Assembly (NCBI GenBank): GCA_046153645.1
Contig: JBJXGI010000042.1
Span: 17,280-81,279 of the forward strand
Length of the DNA: 64,000 nt
Reading direction: 5' to 3'
From: Elusimicrobiota bacterium
GTDB taxonomy: Bacteria > Elusimicrobiota > Elusimicrobia > F11
Of this stretch, positions 10,152 to 19,074 are shown piece after piece (positions within the stretch are counted from its first letter, which is position 1; the number at the start of each line of letters is the position of its first letter). A program made the position numbers and the translations under genes. Below the pieces are notes generated by a model. It did not search any database, had not been told where the DNA came from, and saw only the letters and a program-made list of their open reading frames with translations.

Positions 10152-11303
10152 ATGACCTATTTAACACTCATTGGTGCATGGCTTGTCTTTTTAATAGTTT
10201 GTGGTGCTGCCCTCGAGTATTTCTGGGGAATAAGGAGCATTGGTTTTCTCAAACACGTTCTCCCAACTGAGTCAAACTACCCACGAATTTCTATTATTAT
10301 TCCTGCTCGCAATGAAGAAACGCATATAGAAGAAGCACTAAAATCTGTTCTTTCATTAGATTATCCAGCCTTAGAAATTATGGTGATTAATGATAGATCA
10401 ACTGATAAAACAGGTGTCATTCTTGAAAAAATGGCCCACCAAAACTCGAGCTTAAAAGTAATCCATATTACCGATCTTCCCCAAAACTGGCTTGGCAAAA
10501 ACCACGCTCTTTTTTTTGGCGCTCAAAAAGCCAACGGTGAATTTCTCCTTTTTGCAGACGCTGACATTATAATGGAACCATCCTTACTTAAAAAAGCCAT
10601 CACCTATGTCCAATCTGAAAAAACGGACCATTTAACTTTGTTTCCAGATGTCAAAATGCCAGGGTTTTGGCTAAATCTTTTTACTGTTGGATTTTCTATT
10701 TTTCTTTGTTTATTTCTTAAACCTTGGCGAGCCAATAACCCGAAAAGCAAAGCCTTTATTGGGATTGGGGCCTTTAACCTCATAAGAAAATCAATCTACG
10801 AAAAGATTGGAACACATGAAAAAATCCGCTTAAGGCCTGATGACGATATTATGTTAGGAAAGTTAGTTAAGAAAAATAATTTTAAGCAAAATGTCTTATT
10901 TGGCACGGACTTACTTTGTGTCGAATGGTACAGCTCTATTAAAGAACTGATCAATGGACTTATGAAAAATTCTTTTTCAGGGGTGAACTACAAATTATGG
11001 CTCCTTACTCTTGGTAGTTTGGCTCACATCATTCTTATTATTTGGCCATTTATCGCTGTTTTTATAACGACAGGGCGGTCTTTAATTTTATACCAACTAA
11101 CCATTTTGTTCTTGGTAATGGTAGGAGCCCAACAAGCCTTATTAAATAAAAAAAATATATTTTACGGATTTGGCTTACCTTTGGCCTCAATTATGTTCTT
11201 ATATATTATATGGAAGGCCGGCTTAAAGACCCTTAGACAAGGCGGCATTTTTTGGAGAGATACTTTTTATTCATTAGATGAACTTAAAAAGAACAATATT
11301 TAA
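10152..11303 (+). CDS. Family 2 glycosyltransferase with C-terminal membrane domain
   Basis: GT-A motifs are present (ISIIIPARNEE, DRSTD, FADAD = DxD) and the product has multiple C-terminal TM helices. Confidence 0.75.
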   Translation: MTYLTLIGAWLVFLIVCGAALEYFWGIRSIGFLKHVLPTESNYPRISIIIPARNEETHIEEALKSVLSLDYPALEIMVINDRSTDKTGVILEKMAHQNSSLKVIHITDLPQNWLGKNHALFFGAQKANGEFLLFADADIIMEPSLLKKAITYVQSEKTDHLTLFPDVKMPGFWLNLFTVGFSIFLCLFLKPWRANNPKSKAFIGIGAFNLIRKSIYEKIGTHEKIRLRPDDDIMLGKLVKKNNFKQNVLFGTDLLCVEWYSSIKELINGLMKNSFSGVNYKLWLLTLGSLAHIILIIWPFIAVFITTGRSLILYQLTILFLVMVGAQQALLNKKNIFYGFGLPLASIMFLYIIWKAGLKTLRQGGIFWRDTFYSLDELKKNNI

Positions 11304-11304
11304 A

Positions 11305-12321
11305 CTAAATAGAACTGACTTGTACGAGTTGCTTACCAATATTGTCACCAGAAAACAATCCGATAAAAGCCTTGGGCGCGTTTTCTAAGCCCTGAATCAT
11401 ACTTTCCTTCGATTTAATTTTTCCTGACATAACTAAGTCTTCTAATTCATTCAACGCTTGTTCGTATTCATCCTGATAATCATGAACGAGAAAACCTTCC
11501 ATTCTGGCTCGCTTAACCAATAAATACAGGAGATTTCTTGGACCAAATTCGGTTTTTTCTCTATTTGCAATTGAAATCTGACCACAAATAATAATCCGAG
11601 CCTTCAAATTAATTTGAGTTATAACAGCATCTGAAATTTCGCCGCCTACATTGTCAAAATAAATATCAACCCCTTGAGGACAATGGTCTTTTATTGACTT
11701 ACGAATATTATCAGCTGTTTTATAATTGAACGCGGCATCAAAGCCACATTCTTCCTTCAAAAATTTTATTTTAATATCTGATCCTGCAATTCCAACCACT
11801 TGACATCCAACCAGCTTCGCCAGTTGCCCTACAACAGAACCAACAGCCCCAGCCGCTCCTGAAATTAAAATTGTCTCTCCTTTTTTTGGTTGCCCAATTT
11901 TTTTAAGTGCAAAATAAGCGGTAAGCCCTGTCATTCCCAAAACACCCAAAGCCATTGACAACTGATTTTTGGGATAACTCAATTTACGCAAACCTTCCCC
12001 ATTCGAAATAGCATAGTCCTGCCATCCCAACCGACCTGACACAATGTCACCTTCTTTGAATTTCAAATGTCGAGAATGAACAACCTGACCAACAACCCCA
12101 CCTTCCAGAACTTCATTAATTTCTAATGGTTTTACATAAGAACGGACATTTCGCATTCGTCCGCGCATATAAGGATCAACAGAAAGAAAAATTGTTTTTA
12201 CAAGAATTTCATTAATTTGGAGCTCTGGTACAGAAACCTGTGAGAACTCAAAATTTTCAACACTAGGGTTCCCCGTTGGCCTTTGTTTTAATCTCCATTG
12301 TCGATTAACAAGAGGTGTCAT
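11305..12321 (-). CDS. NADP-dependent oxidoreductase, medium-chain dehydrogenase/reductase family (YncB/PTGR-like)
   Basis: The 338-aa product has an N-terminus typical of the family (…NFEFSQVSVPE…) and a Rossmann motif SGAAGAVGSVVGQLAK. Confidence 0.75.
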   Translation of the reverse strand: MTPLVNRQWRLKQRPTGNPSVENFEFSQVSVPELQINEILVKTIFLSVDPYMRGRMRNVRSYVKPLEINEVLEGGVVGQVVHSRHLKFKEGDIVSGRLGWQDYAISNGEGLRKLSYPKNQLSMALGVLGMTGLTAYFALKKIGQPKKGETILISGAAGAVGSVVGQLAKLVGCQVVGIAGSDIKIKFLKEECGFDAAFNYKTADNIRKSIKDHCPQGVDIYFDNVGGEISDAVITQINLKARIIICGQISIANREKTEFGPRNLLYLLVKRARMEGFLVHDYQDEYEQALNELEDLVMSGKIKSKESMIQGLENAPKAFIGLFSGDNIGKQLVQVSSI

Positions 12322-12722
12322 GAGTCACGCAATAGTTTTTCTATTTGAGAAGGAAGACTTCCATCTGGATAAACCATAAATTCATCAATTAAATATTGCA
12401 CAGAAATTTTTATTTCATTTTCATCAGAAATTCTTGATTTTTCTGAAATTTCTCTAAAATCTAATTTTCGAAATTTCCACACATACTTCCAACGATTGTG
12501 TGAATGCATAGGCGGGGCTCCTAAAAAAAGCGGGGCTGTTATACAAACTGAAAGATTTTTCCAGATTGTTAAAACAGCCCACGCTGACAAAGGAATTGAT
12601 TCTTTTTTAATGTCGCTAAAATCACGCTTATTTTTAAAATCTATTAAAAACCCAGACAAGCGTTCTTTAACAACGTCCATTTTTTTATAGGAGAGGTTTA
12701 ATCGTTTCCCAGTTTTGAACAA
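12318..12722 (-). CDS. Hypothetical protein
   Basis: A 134-aa ORF overlapping neighbours on both sides (4 nt downstream, 38 nt upstream). No recognisable motif. Its coding status is uncertain. Confidence 0.3.
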   Translation of the reverse strand: MFKTGKRLNLSYKKMDVVKERLSGFLIDFKNKRDFSDIKKESIPLSAWAVLTIWKNLSVCITAPLFLGAPPMHSHNRWKYVWKFRKLDFREISEKSRISDENEIKISVQYLIDEFMVYPDGSLPSQIEKLLRDS

Positions 12723-12933
12723 TAAAATTCACATCAGACAAAGTAAAACCTTTGGCCTTGCCCATTCTTTCTTCACCATCTTTGGTCGTATAAAGATTTC
12801 TTTTTTCTAATAAGGCCCCCGTGTCTTTACCATCCACAATCCAACGAACAATTCTCAATTGATTTGTGCCACGACCGCTTTCTTGAGACATTAAAACTTT
12901 GACAACATTACATTCGATATTTTTTTCTTCCAT
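12685..12933 (-). CDS. Small YdbC/PC4-like putative ssDNA-binding protein
   Basis: The 82-aa product has a pattern (…LRIVRWIVDGKDTGALLEKRNLYTTKDGEERMGKAKGFTLSD…) resembling the bacterial PC4/YdbC family. This is by recall only. Confidence 0.35.
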   Translation of the reverse strand: MEEKNIECNVVKVLMSQESGRGTNQLRIVRWIVDGKDTGALLEKRNLYTTKDGEERMGKAKGFTLSDVNFIVQNWETIKPLL

Positions 12934-12934
12934 T

Positions 12935-13759
12935 TTATTCTCCGTTTCTTGGGTTTAACCAATTTTCAATTTTTACAAAACATTCTTCTGCTAATTCCGC
13001 CTCAAAAAGCTCATGATCACCATTTTCATATTCATAGAGGTTTTTATCTTGGGAACCAATTGTACTTAAAAAATCACGACTCACCTGCTCTGAAACCAAA
13101 TGATCGTTGTGCCCATGAAACAAAATCACCGGCATGAGAAGTTTAGAAGCATTTTCATAAATCTCTTCAACGGTTTTTTTGAATTCAACGCCCAAACGGG
13201 CCGAGGCTTTCGAATGATTGAGAGGATCTTTGGGCTTTTCATCAAAAGTCGAGTTAATCTTGTTTATTGGTTTTAATGGTAATTTTCTAGAAAAACGAGG
13301 GAAAATGACATTAAAAAATTTTGCCAAAACCCAAAATGATGAAGGAATATTTGGTTCAAACGCGGGACTTTCTAAAATGAGACCTTTAATAAGTTTTGGG
13401 AAATGAACACTTAAGTCTGTTGCAATAACTCCACCCAAACTATGACCAGTCAGAAAAAAAGGGCCCTCATCAAGAACAATTTCTTTCCTAAAAATTTCAA
13501 AATCTTTCCTAAAAACTTCCCATGAATCAACATAACCGCGCTGTCCCTGAGATCGTCCATGACCTCTCAGATCATAGGAGTAAAAACTCCATCCTCGTTG
13601 TGAGAAGTACTCGCCAGCAAGAGTGAACCGACCACTATGCTCACCGAGCCCATGAATAGCAAGAATGTTTCCTTTTTTTATTGGAGAGGCTGCTAACCAC
13701 TGCTGAGAGAAGAGTCCAATTCCTTGAAAACCTTTAAACAATTTTTCACTATGCAGCAT
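12935..13759 (-). CDS. Alpha/beta hydrolase (lysophospholipase / monoacylglycerol lipase-like)
   Basis: It has the HGLGEHSGRF motif, the nucleophile elbow GHSLGG, and a C-terminal His region (FHGHNDHLV). Confidence 0.75.
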   Translation of the reverse strand: MLHSEKLFKGFQGIGLFSQQWLAASPIKKGNILAIHGLGEHSGRFTLAGEYFSQRGWSFYSYDLRGHGRSQGQRGYVDSWEVFRKDFEIFRKEIVLDEGPFFLTGHSLGGVIATDLSVHFPKLIKGLILESPAFEPNIPSSFWVLAKFFNVIFPRFSRKLPLKPINKINSTFDEKPKDPLNHSKASARLGVEFKKTVEEIYENASKLLMPVILFHGHNDHLVSEQVSRDFLSTIGSQDKNLYEYENGDHELFEAELAEECFVKIENWLNPRNGE

Positions 13760-13777
13760 GAGACGGCTATGGAAATG

Positions 13778-14797
13778 TTAGTTGGACCATTCTTTTAAAA
13801 CACCACGCGTATCAACATGAACAAAGGGCCCATGAGAATGAGTGGCGCGGTAATGACCAATTCCACCTTGCAATGGTTTAAAAGAAGGATCCTGATTAAG
13901 CGCGAGAACTATTTGAGAGAGAATTTCAGCGTCTTTTTGATTTACTTGTCCATCATGATTTAAATCGTCCATGTTTCCATCTCGATTATTATCAATATAA
14001 ACATCGGCTGCATCACCAAACATATGCCGACTCAACTTTGCATTCCGAAGCGATCGATTATAATGAGGCGTTCTAAAACCACTCATGACAGTTAATTTTT
14101 CACAAGGAATGCCTTCCAGATTAACTGTCTCAAGAATGTATTCGAGTTTAAAAATAAGCTTCTCTTTTAATGCCACATATTTAGGATATCGTCCTGCCTG
14201 TTTACAAATAAATTCACCAATAGAAAAATGGGGCGAAACAAGCGTATTTTTATTTTCGGGAGTCACTTCAACAAACCCATCCGGATACGGATACAGATTT
14301 TTTTTATCTTTTGAAACAATGGGATATGACCCGATTTTATATCCATTCAACAATCCATTTTTGATTTTTTTCGCTGGGACGAGAATAAAAGCATTAATTT
14401 GAATTTTTTCTGTGCTGTCTGTTTTTCCAATCACGATTGTGGCAATACCCGATTGTTTAGGTGCGGTCCAACTCCATAAAGAAGGAGAATGATAATCAAC
14501 TTGACCAAAATCAGCCTGAAAGGAAAAAAACTGGTCTGAATTTGCGTGAGGAATATCAATGAGAACTGTTTCTCCTGGTAAAACAAATAGAGGCGCCACT
14601 TTCCAATTGGTTACTTCATTTTTATAACGAACGGAAAAATTGGCTTTTTCAGTATCAAAAGATTTAATCATTGAATCAGGAATAACAGCAGTACCAAACT
14701 GAGAAGAGAATGGAATAAGGACAGTTAAAATCATTAAACCAAAAGCTTTAAGATTGTTTTTGAAACTTGTATTCAATTTAAAAAAATCATTTTTCAT
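13778..14797 (-). CDS. MepK/YcbK-like peptidase M15A (DUF882) with an N-terminal extension domain
   Basis: It has a signal peptide. The C-terminal half carries the M15A zinc ligands (…SGFRTPHYN…SRHMFGDAADV…HSHGPFVHVD). It is adjacent to and co-oriented with a YcbB-type L,D-transpeptidase, as in the E. coli ycbB-ycbK pair. Confidence 0.65.
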   Translation of the reverse strand: MKNDFFKLNTSFKNNLKAFGLMILTVLIPFSSQFGTAVIPDSMIKSFDTEKANFSVRYKNEVTNWKVAPLFVLPGETVLIDIPHANSDQFFSFQADFGQVDYHSPSLWSWTAPKQSGIATIVIGKTDSTEKIQINAFILVPAKKIKNGLLNGYKIGSYPIVSKDKKNLYPYPDGFVEVTPENKNTLVSPHFSIGEFICKQAGRYPKYVALKEKLIFKLEYILETVNLEGIPCEKLTVMSGFRTPHYNRSLRNAKLSRHMFGDAADVYIDNNRDGNMDDLNHDGQVNQKDAEILSQIVLALNQDPSFKPLQGGIGHYRATHSHGPFVHVDTRGVLKEWSN

Positions 14798-14799
14798 TT

Positions 14800-16431
14800 T
14801 TAATATTTCTGTAACGCTTGAATAAGAGTTTGATCTCTCCCATATAAATCAGTTCTAAACTGAACATTTCCGTGTTCATCTGCCCAGGCAGTCCAATATA
14901 GCAAGTGAATCCGGATCGGACTAGGGATCAGGATAGTTTGATTGGCGCGTTTTTTCAAGGCGTTTTTTATACTTTCTTCACTTTCAAAAGGTGTACCTGA
15001 TAACAAATAGCTGGCCAATTCAACAGGTTTTTCAATTCTGATACAGCCTGAACTGAAATCTCGTATTGTTTTTTGAAAAAGTGAACGTGAGGGCGTATCA
15101 TGAAGGTAAACATCAAACTGGTTAGGAAAATGAAACTTTATTTGCCCCAATGCATTTTGAGCTCCTGGTTGCTGCCTGAAATGATAAGGCATTGCTTCCG
15201 GATCTACCTTACTCCAATCAACAGAAGTATGATCAATTTTAGTGGCCTTTTCACCATGATGACTAAAAACTTCAAAACCATATTTTGTTAAATAATCAGG
15301 TTCCTCGGCAATGTGCTCAAGAATATCCACCTTGGCTATTTTTTTAGGAACGTTCCATGGGGGGTTAAGAACGATATACGTCATGGTGCTACTGAAAACA
15401 GGTGTGCGCCTCATTTTTCTTCCCACAATCACTTTCATATTAATTGCTTCGTGATCATTATCATAAAGCTGTAATCGAAAATCTGGGATATTAACAAAGA
15501 TATGTCGGCGTCCTAAATCAGCGGGGAGCCATCGACATCTTTCTAAATTTGCTTCTAACTGAGCAATCCGAACTTCAACAGGAATTCGAAGGACATCTGA
15601 AGTTGATTTGCCTAAAATTCCATCTTCATCAAGCCCGTGTCTTTTCTGAAAGTTACCAAGTGCTCGCTCTAAAGGAGCGTCAAATATTTTTTTCTCGTTA
15701 AATCTCAGATTTAAATCCCCAGTGAGAATCAACATCTTCCTTAATAAAGGAACTCTATCATCAATATCTCCCTTGCGAATTGGCCTTCCTTCCGGAATTT
15801 TTGGCCATCCTCCTTTTTCTTGCAGTGTTTTGTATTTAGATAAAACACTTTTGAGACGTTGGTAAAATGGGTGGGATGGCAATAAATCTCTCAACATGGT
15901 TCGAAGATTATCATGCTTAAGTGCGGCTTCAAGAATATTGGGTAAATCACCCGTACGTCGATTGGCAAACCATTCGTTATCTACTTTATAGGGGTTCAAG
16001 CGCCCAGACAACAAATGAGAACCATAGGTTAAAAAACTATCTGTGAGAAAAATTTCAAGCTTGAGCTGCACAGATATATTATCTGTGTTAGATTTCTTAT
16101 ATTGCTCTATTAATTCTTGTAGTAAATCGACTCGGTAATCATGAGGCCGTAACCCTTCACGATCTGATTGTCGCAAAGCACGCAACAATTCATTAGCACC
16201 AGAATAAATTTTCCCCTCATTAATCCAAGCCGAGTGATATTCTCTGTTTTTATAAAACTGCTCCAACAGTAAAGATGAATAAGGAGACGCTTCTAATATT
16301 TGCCCCTGCTTTTTAAGAGATTGATCAAAAAAAAGTTTTAAATTATCAGAAATTTCTGTACTGGCAATACCAGGAACAACTTGTGAAACAAGTAATATTA
16401 AAAAGAATAGTTTTTGAGATAGTCGCTTCAT
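14800..16431 (-). CDS. L,D-transpeptidase, YcbB/LdtD type (PG-binding + YkuD catalytic domain)
   Basis: The 543-aa product has a signal peptide and the YkuD catalytic motif (…LHDTPSRSLF…SSGCIRIEKP). Its length and architecture match YcbB. Confidence 0.8.
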   Translation of the reverse strand: MKRLSQKLFFLILLVSQVVPGIASTEISDNLKLFFDQSLKKQGQILEASPYSSLLLEQFYKNREYHSAWINEGKIYSGANELLRALRQSDREGLRPHDYRVDLLQELIEQYKKSNTDNISVQLKLEIFLTDSFLTYGSHLLSGRLNPYKVDNEWFANRRTGDLPNILEAALKHDNLRTMLRDLLPSHPFYQRLKSVLSKYKTLQEKGGWPKIPEGRPIRKGDIDDRVPLLRKMLILTGDLNLRFNEKKIFDAPLERALGNFQKRHGLDEDGILGKSTSDVLRIPVEVRIAQLEANLERCRWLPADLGRRHIFVNIPDFRLQLYDNDHEAINMKVIVGRKMRRTPVFSSTMTYIVLNPPWNVPKKIAKVDILEHIAEEPDYLTKYGFEVFSHHGEKATKIDHTSVDWSKVDPEAMPYHFRQQPGAQNALGQIKFHFPNQFDVYLHDTPSRSLFQKTIRDFSSGCIRIEKPVELASYLLSGTPFESEESIKNALKKRANQTILIPSPIRIHLLYWTAWADEHGNVQFRTDLYGRDQTLIQALQKY

Positions 16432-16479
16432 AAAGAACTTTAAATATGAGTGAAATAATGAAAAAGAAACAGGGCAATA

Positions 16480-17325
16480 TTAAAATTTTCCAATAATAGA
16501 AAGGTGCCGACCTGTTTTTCCTTTTGGACGCGTGGGGTGAAGTCCTTCAAGTCGGTGAGAAAAAAATAAGTTGTTTTCATGTATTGTGCAAAATCCTGAT
16601 TGAAAAATTTGAGAAGGTTTAATGCCAACTTTCAAAAGTTGCAACATATTAGCCTTTGGCACATCCAAAAAATAACGACCGTCGCTTTTTATTCTTATAA
16701 ATAAATGATTATCAGCTATTTTTGATTCAAATTTATTTTTAACATCAGATCCTACTTCATAACATTGACCACAAGCACTAGGCCCTAAAGCAGCTATCAT
16801 ATCATCAGTTGAAGCTCCGAGGGAAACTAACTGATGCACTGCTTTTAAAGTAATTTCCTGAAGAGTGCCTTGCCAACCAGCATGAATAGAACAAAATAAT
16901 CCGGATTTTCTATCTCCAATTAAAATTGATTGACAATCAGCTGTTTTAACGCCTAAAATTATATTTTTTAAATTTGAGAATAGGGCATCTCCTAAATTTT
17001 CTTCAGATGAAATTGAAGAACAATCAACCTTATTAATTATGTCTGAATGGACTTGTTTATTACAATAAAGATGTGCAGGTTCCTTATCAATTGCTTTTAA
17101 AAACCTTCGCCGATTTTCGATTACATTTTCTTGAGTATCGTCTTCGATAAAAGCGAGATTGAGAGAATTTTCAGGAAACGGGCTTACACCCGAAAATCGG
17201 GTGCTAAAGGCATTAATAAAACCATCTTTTTCAAGAGGCAAACAAACCAAATATTCTATGGGTACGTTCCCAAAAGAAGTCTCGACTTCTTTTTTACGCC
17301 ATGAAAAAGAAGAAAGATCGGCCAC
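16480..17325 (-). CDS. pgeF: Peptidoglycan editing factor PgeF / YfiH (DUF152, Cu-oxidase_4) family
   Basis: Conserved regions are present (…KQVHSDII…, TADCQSILI, CSIHAGWQGT, …PSACGQCYEVG…). Confidence 0.8.
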   Translation of the reverse strand: MADLSSFSWRKKEVETSFGNVPIEYLVCLPLEKDGFINAFSTRFSGVSPFPENSLNLAFIEDDTQENVIENRRRFLKAIDKEPAHLYCNKQVHSDIINKVDCSSISSEENLGDALFSNLKNIILGVKTADCQSILIGDRKSGLFCSIHAGWQGTLQEITLKAVHQLVSLGASTDDMIAALGPSACGQCYEVGSDVKNKFESKIADNHLFIRIKSDGRYFLDVPKANMLQLLKVGIKPSQIFQSGFCTIHENNLFFSHRLEGLHPTRPKGKTGRHLSIIGKF

Positions 17326-17331
17326 AAAAAA

Positions 17332-19008
17332 TTAATGGACTAATTTTTTATATCGAATTCGGTGAGGTTGAGCCGCCTGAGAACCCAATCTTTCAATTCG
17401 TTTTCGTTCGTAGTCATTATAATTACCTTCACTCCACACGACCTGACTGTCTCCCTCAAAGGCCATAATATGGGTGGCGATACGATCCAAAAACCATCGA
17501 TCGTGACTAATGACAATGGTACTTCCAGCAAATTCAACAATCGCATCTTCAAGAGCGCGCAAGGTATTAACATCAAGATCATTACTGGGTTCGTCAAGAA
17601 GGAGCAAATTCCCTCCGGACTTCAACATTTTAGCCAGGTGAACACGGTTTCTTTCTCCGCCAGAAAGTGAACCAACATGCTTTTGCTGATCTTGACCAGA
17701 AAAATTAAAACGCGCACAATAAGCTCGTGAATTAATTTCTTTTTTCCCTAAAGTGACAACATCCAATCCACCAGAAATTTCTTCCCACACCGTTTTTTCG
17801 GAATTCAAAGCATCACGCATTTGATCAACATAAGAGATTTTCACTGTTTCACCAATACGAAGATCTCCTTGGGTTGGTTTAACTTGTCCGGTCAATAATT
17901 TAAAAAGCGTAGTTTTTCCTGCTCCATTAGGCCCAATGACGCCAACAATGGCTCCTGGTGGAATAGTAAAATTCACATTTTCAAAAAGGATGTTATCTCC
18001 AAAAGACATTCCTAAATTTTTAGCCTCGGCTACAATATCACCCAGACGAGGTCCGGGTGGTATGTAAATTTCTAATTCCTCAGCCAATTTAACAGGATCC
18101 TGCTCCAATAATTCTTGGTATCTAACAACCCGCGCTTTCCCTTTGGCTTGACGACCACTCGGACTCATTCTGATCCATTCTAATTCTCGGGCCAGTGTTT
18201 TCTGACGCTGGGTTTCAGATTTTTCTTCTTGTGAGAGTCTTTTTTGTTTTTGGTCTAACCATGAAGAGTAATTACCTTCCCAAGGAATTCCCATACCACG
18301 ATCCAACTCCAATATCCACCCAGCAATATTGTCTAAGAAATATCGATCATGGGTAATTGCGACAACTGTGCCTTTATATTCTTTGAGAAAATTCTCTAAC
18401 CAAGCAACACTTTCCGCATCAAGATGATTCGTGGGTTCATCTAATAGTAAAATATCAGGCGACTGCAGAAGCAAACGACACAAAGCCACCCGTCGACGTT
18501 CACCTCCAGATAAGCTAGAAACAGAAGAATCACCGGCGGGACATCTCAAGGCATCCATAGCAATTTCCAAAGTTCGGTCTAACTCCCACCCATTTAAGGC
18601 TTCAATTTTTTCTTGAATTTCTGACTGACGGTTTAATAATTTTTCCATGGTATTGGGATCCATGTCATCGGTAAACTTTCCACTAATTTCTTCATATTGT
18701 TTCAGCAAATCTGTTACTTCTTTTAGACCCTGCGCAATATTATCGCGAACACTTAATTTTGGATCTAATTCGGGCTCTTGTGACAAATATCCAATAGAAA
18801 CCTTATTTCCAGGAAAGGCTTCGCCAGTAAATTCTTTTTCAATTCCTGCGATAATTTTGAGCAATGTACTTTTCCCGGCCCCATTTAAACCCAAAACACC
18901 AATTTTCGCTCCATAATAAAACGACAAACTAATATCTTTCAAAACTTGTTTTTTAGGCGGATAGGTTTTGCTCAGGCGAATCATTGTATAGACAAAATCT
19001 TTAGACAT
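17332..19008 (-). CDS. ettA: ABC-F family translational throttle ATPase EttA
   Basis: The 558-aa product has two ABC cassettes (GLNGAGKST…LSGGERRR; GPNGAGKTT…LSGGERNR). The N-terminus MSKDFVYTMIRLSKTYPP is typical of EttA/YjjK. Confidence 0.85.
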   Translation of the reverse strand: MSKDFVYTMIRLSKTYPPKKQVLKDISLSFYYGAKIGVLGLNGAGKSTLLKIIAGIEKEFTGEAFPGNKVSIGYLSQEPELDPKLSVRDNIAQGLKEVTDLLKQYEEISGKFTDDMDPNTMEKLLNRQSEIQEKIEALNGWELDRTLEIAMDALRCPAGDSSVSSLSGGERRRVALCRLLLQSPDILLLDEPTNHLDAESVAWLENFLKEYKGTVVAITHDRYFLDNIAGWILELDRGMGIPWEGNYSSWLDQKQKRLSQEEKSETQRQKTLARELEWIRMSPSGRQAKGKARVVRYQELLEQDPVKLAEELEIYIPPGPRLGDIVAEAKNLGMSFGDNILFENVNFTIPPGAIVGVIGPNGAGKTTLFKLLTGQVKPTQGDLRIGETVKISYVDQMRDALNSEKTVWEEISGGLDVVTLGKKEINSRAYCARFNFSGQDQQKHVGSLSGGERNRVHLAKMLKSGGNLLLLDEPSNDLDVNTLRALEDAIVEFAGSTIVISHDRWFLDRIATHIMAFEGDSQVVWSEGNYNDYERKRIERLGSQAAQPHRIRYKKLVH

Positions 19009-19074
19009 CTTGGTTCCTCCAGAAACTGATAAAATTCATGGGCACCATTTTACCTATTCAGGAAGGGAACCCAA

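Noticed and set aside
16440-16628. 62-aa ORF between the L,D-transpeptidase and pgeF
   Set aside because: It overlaps the pgeF 3' end in another frame and has no RBS or motif.
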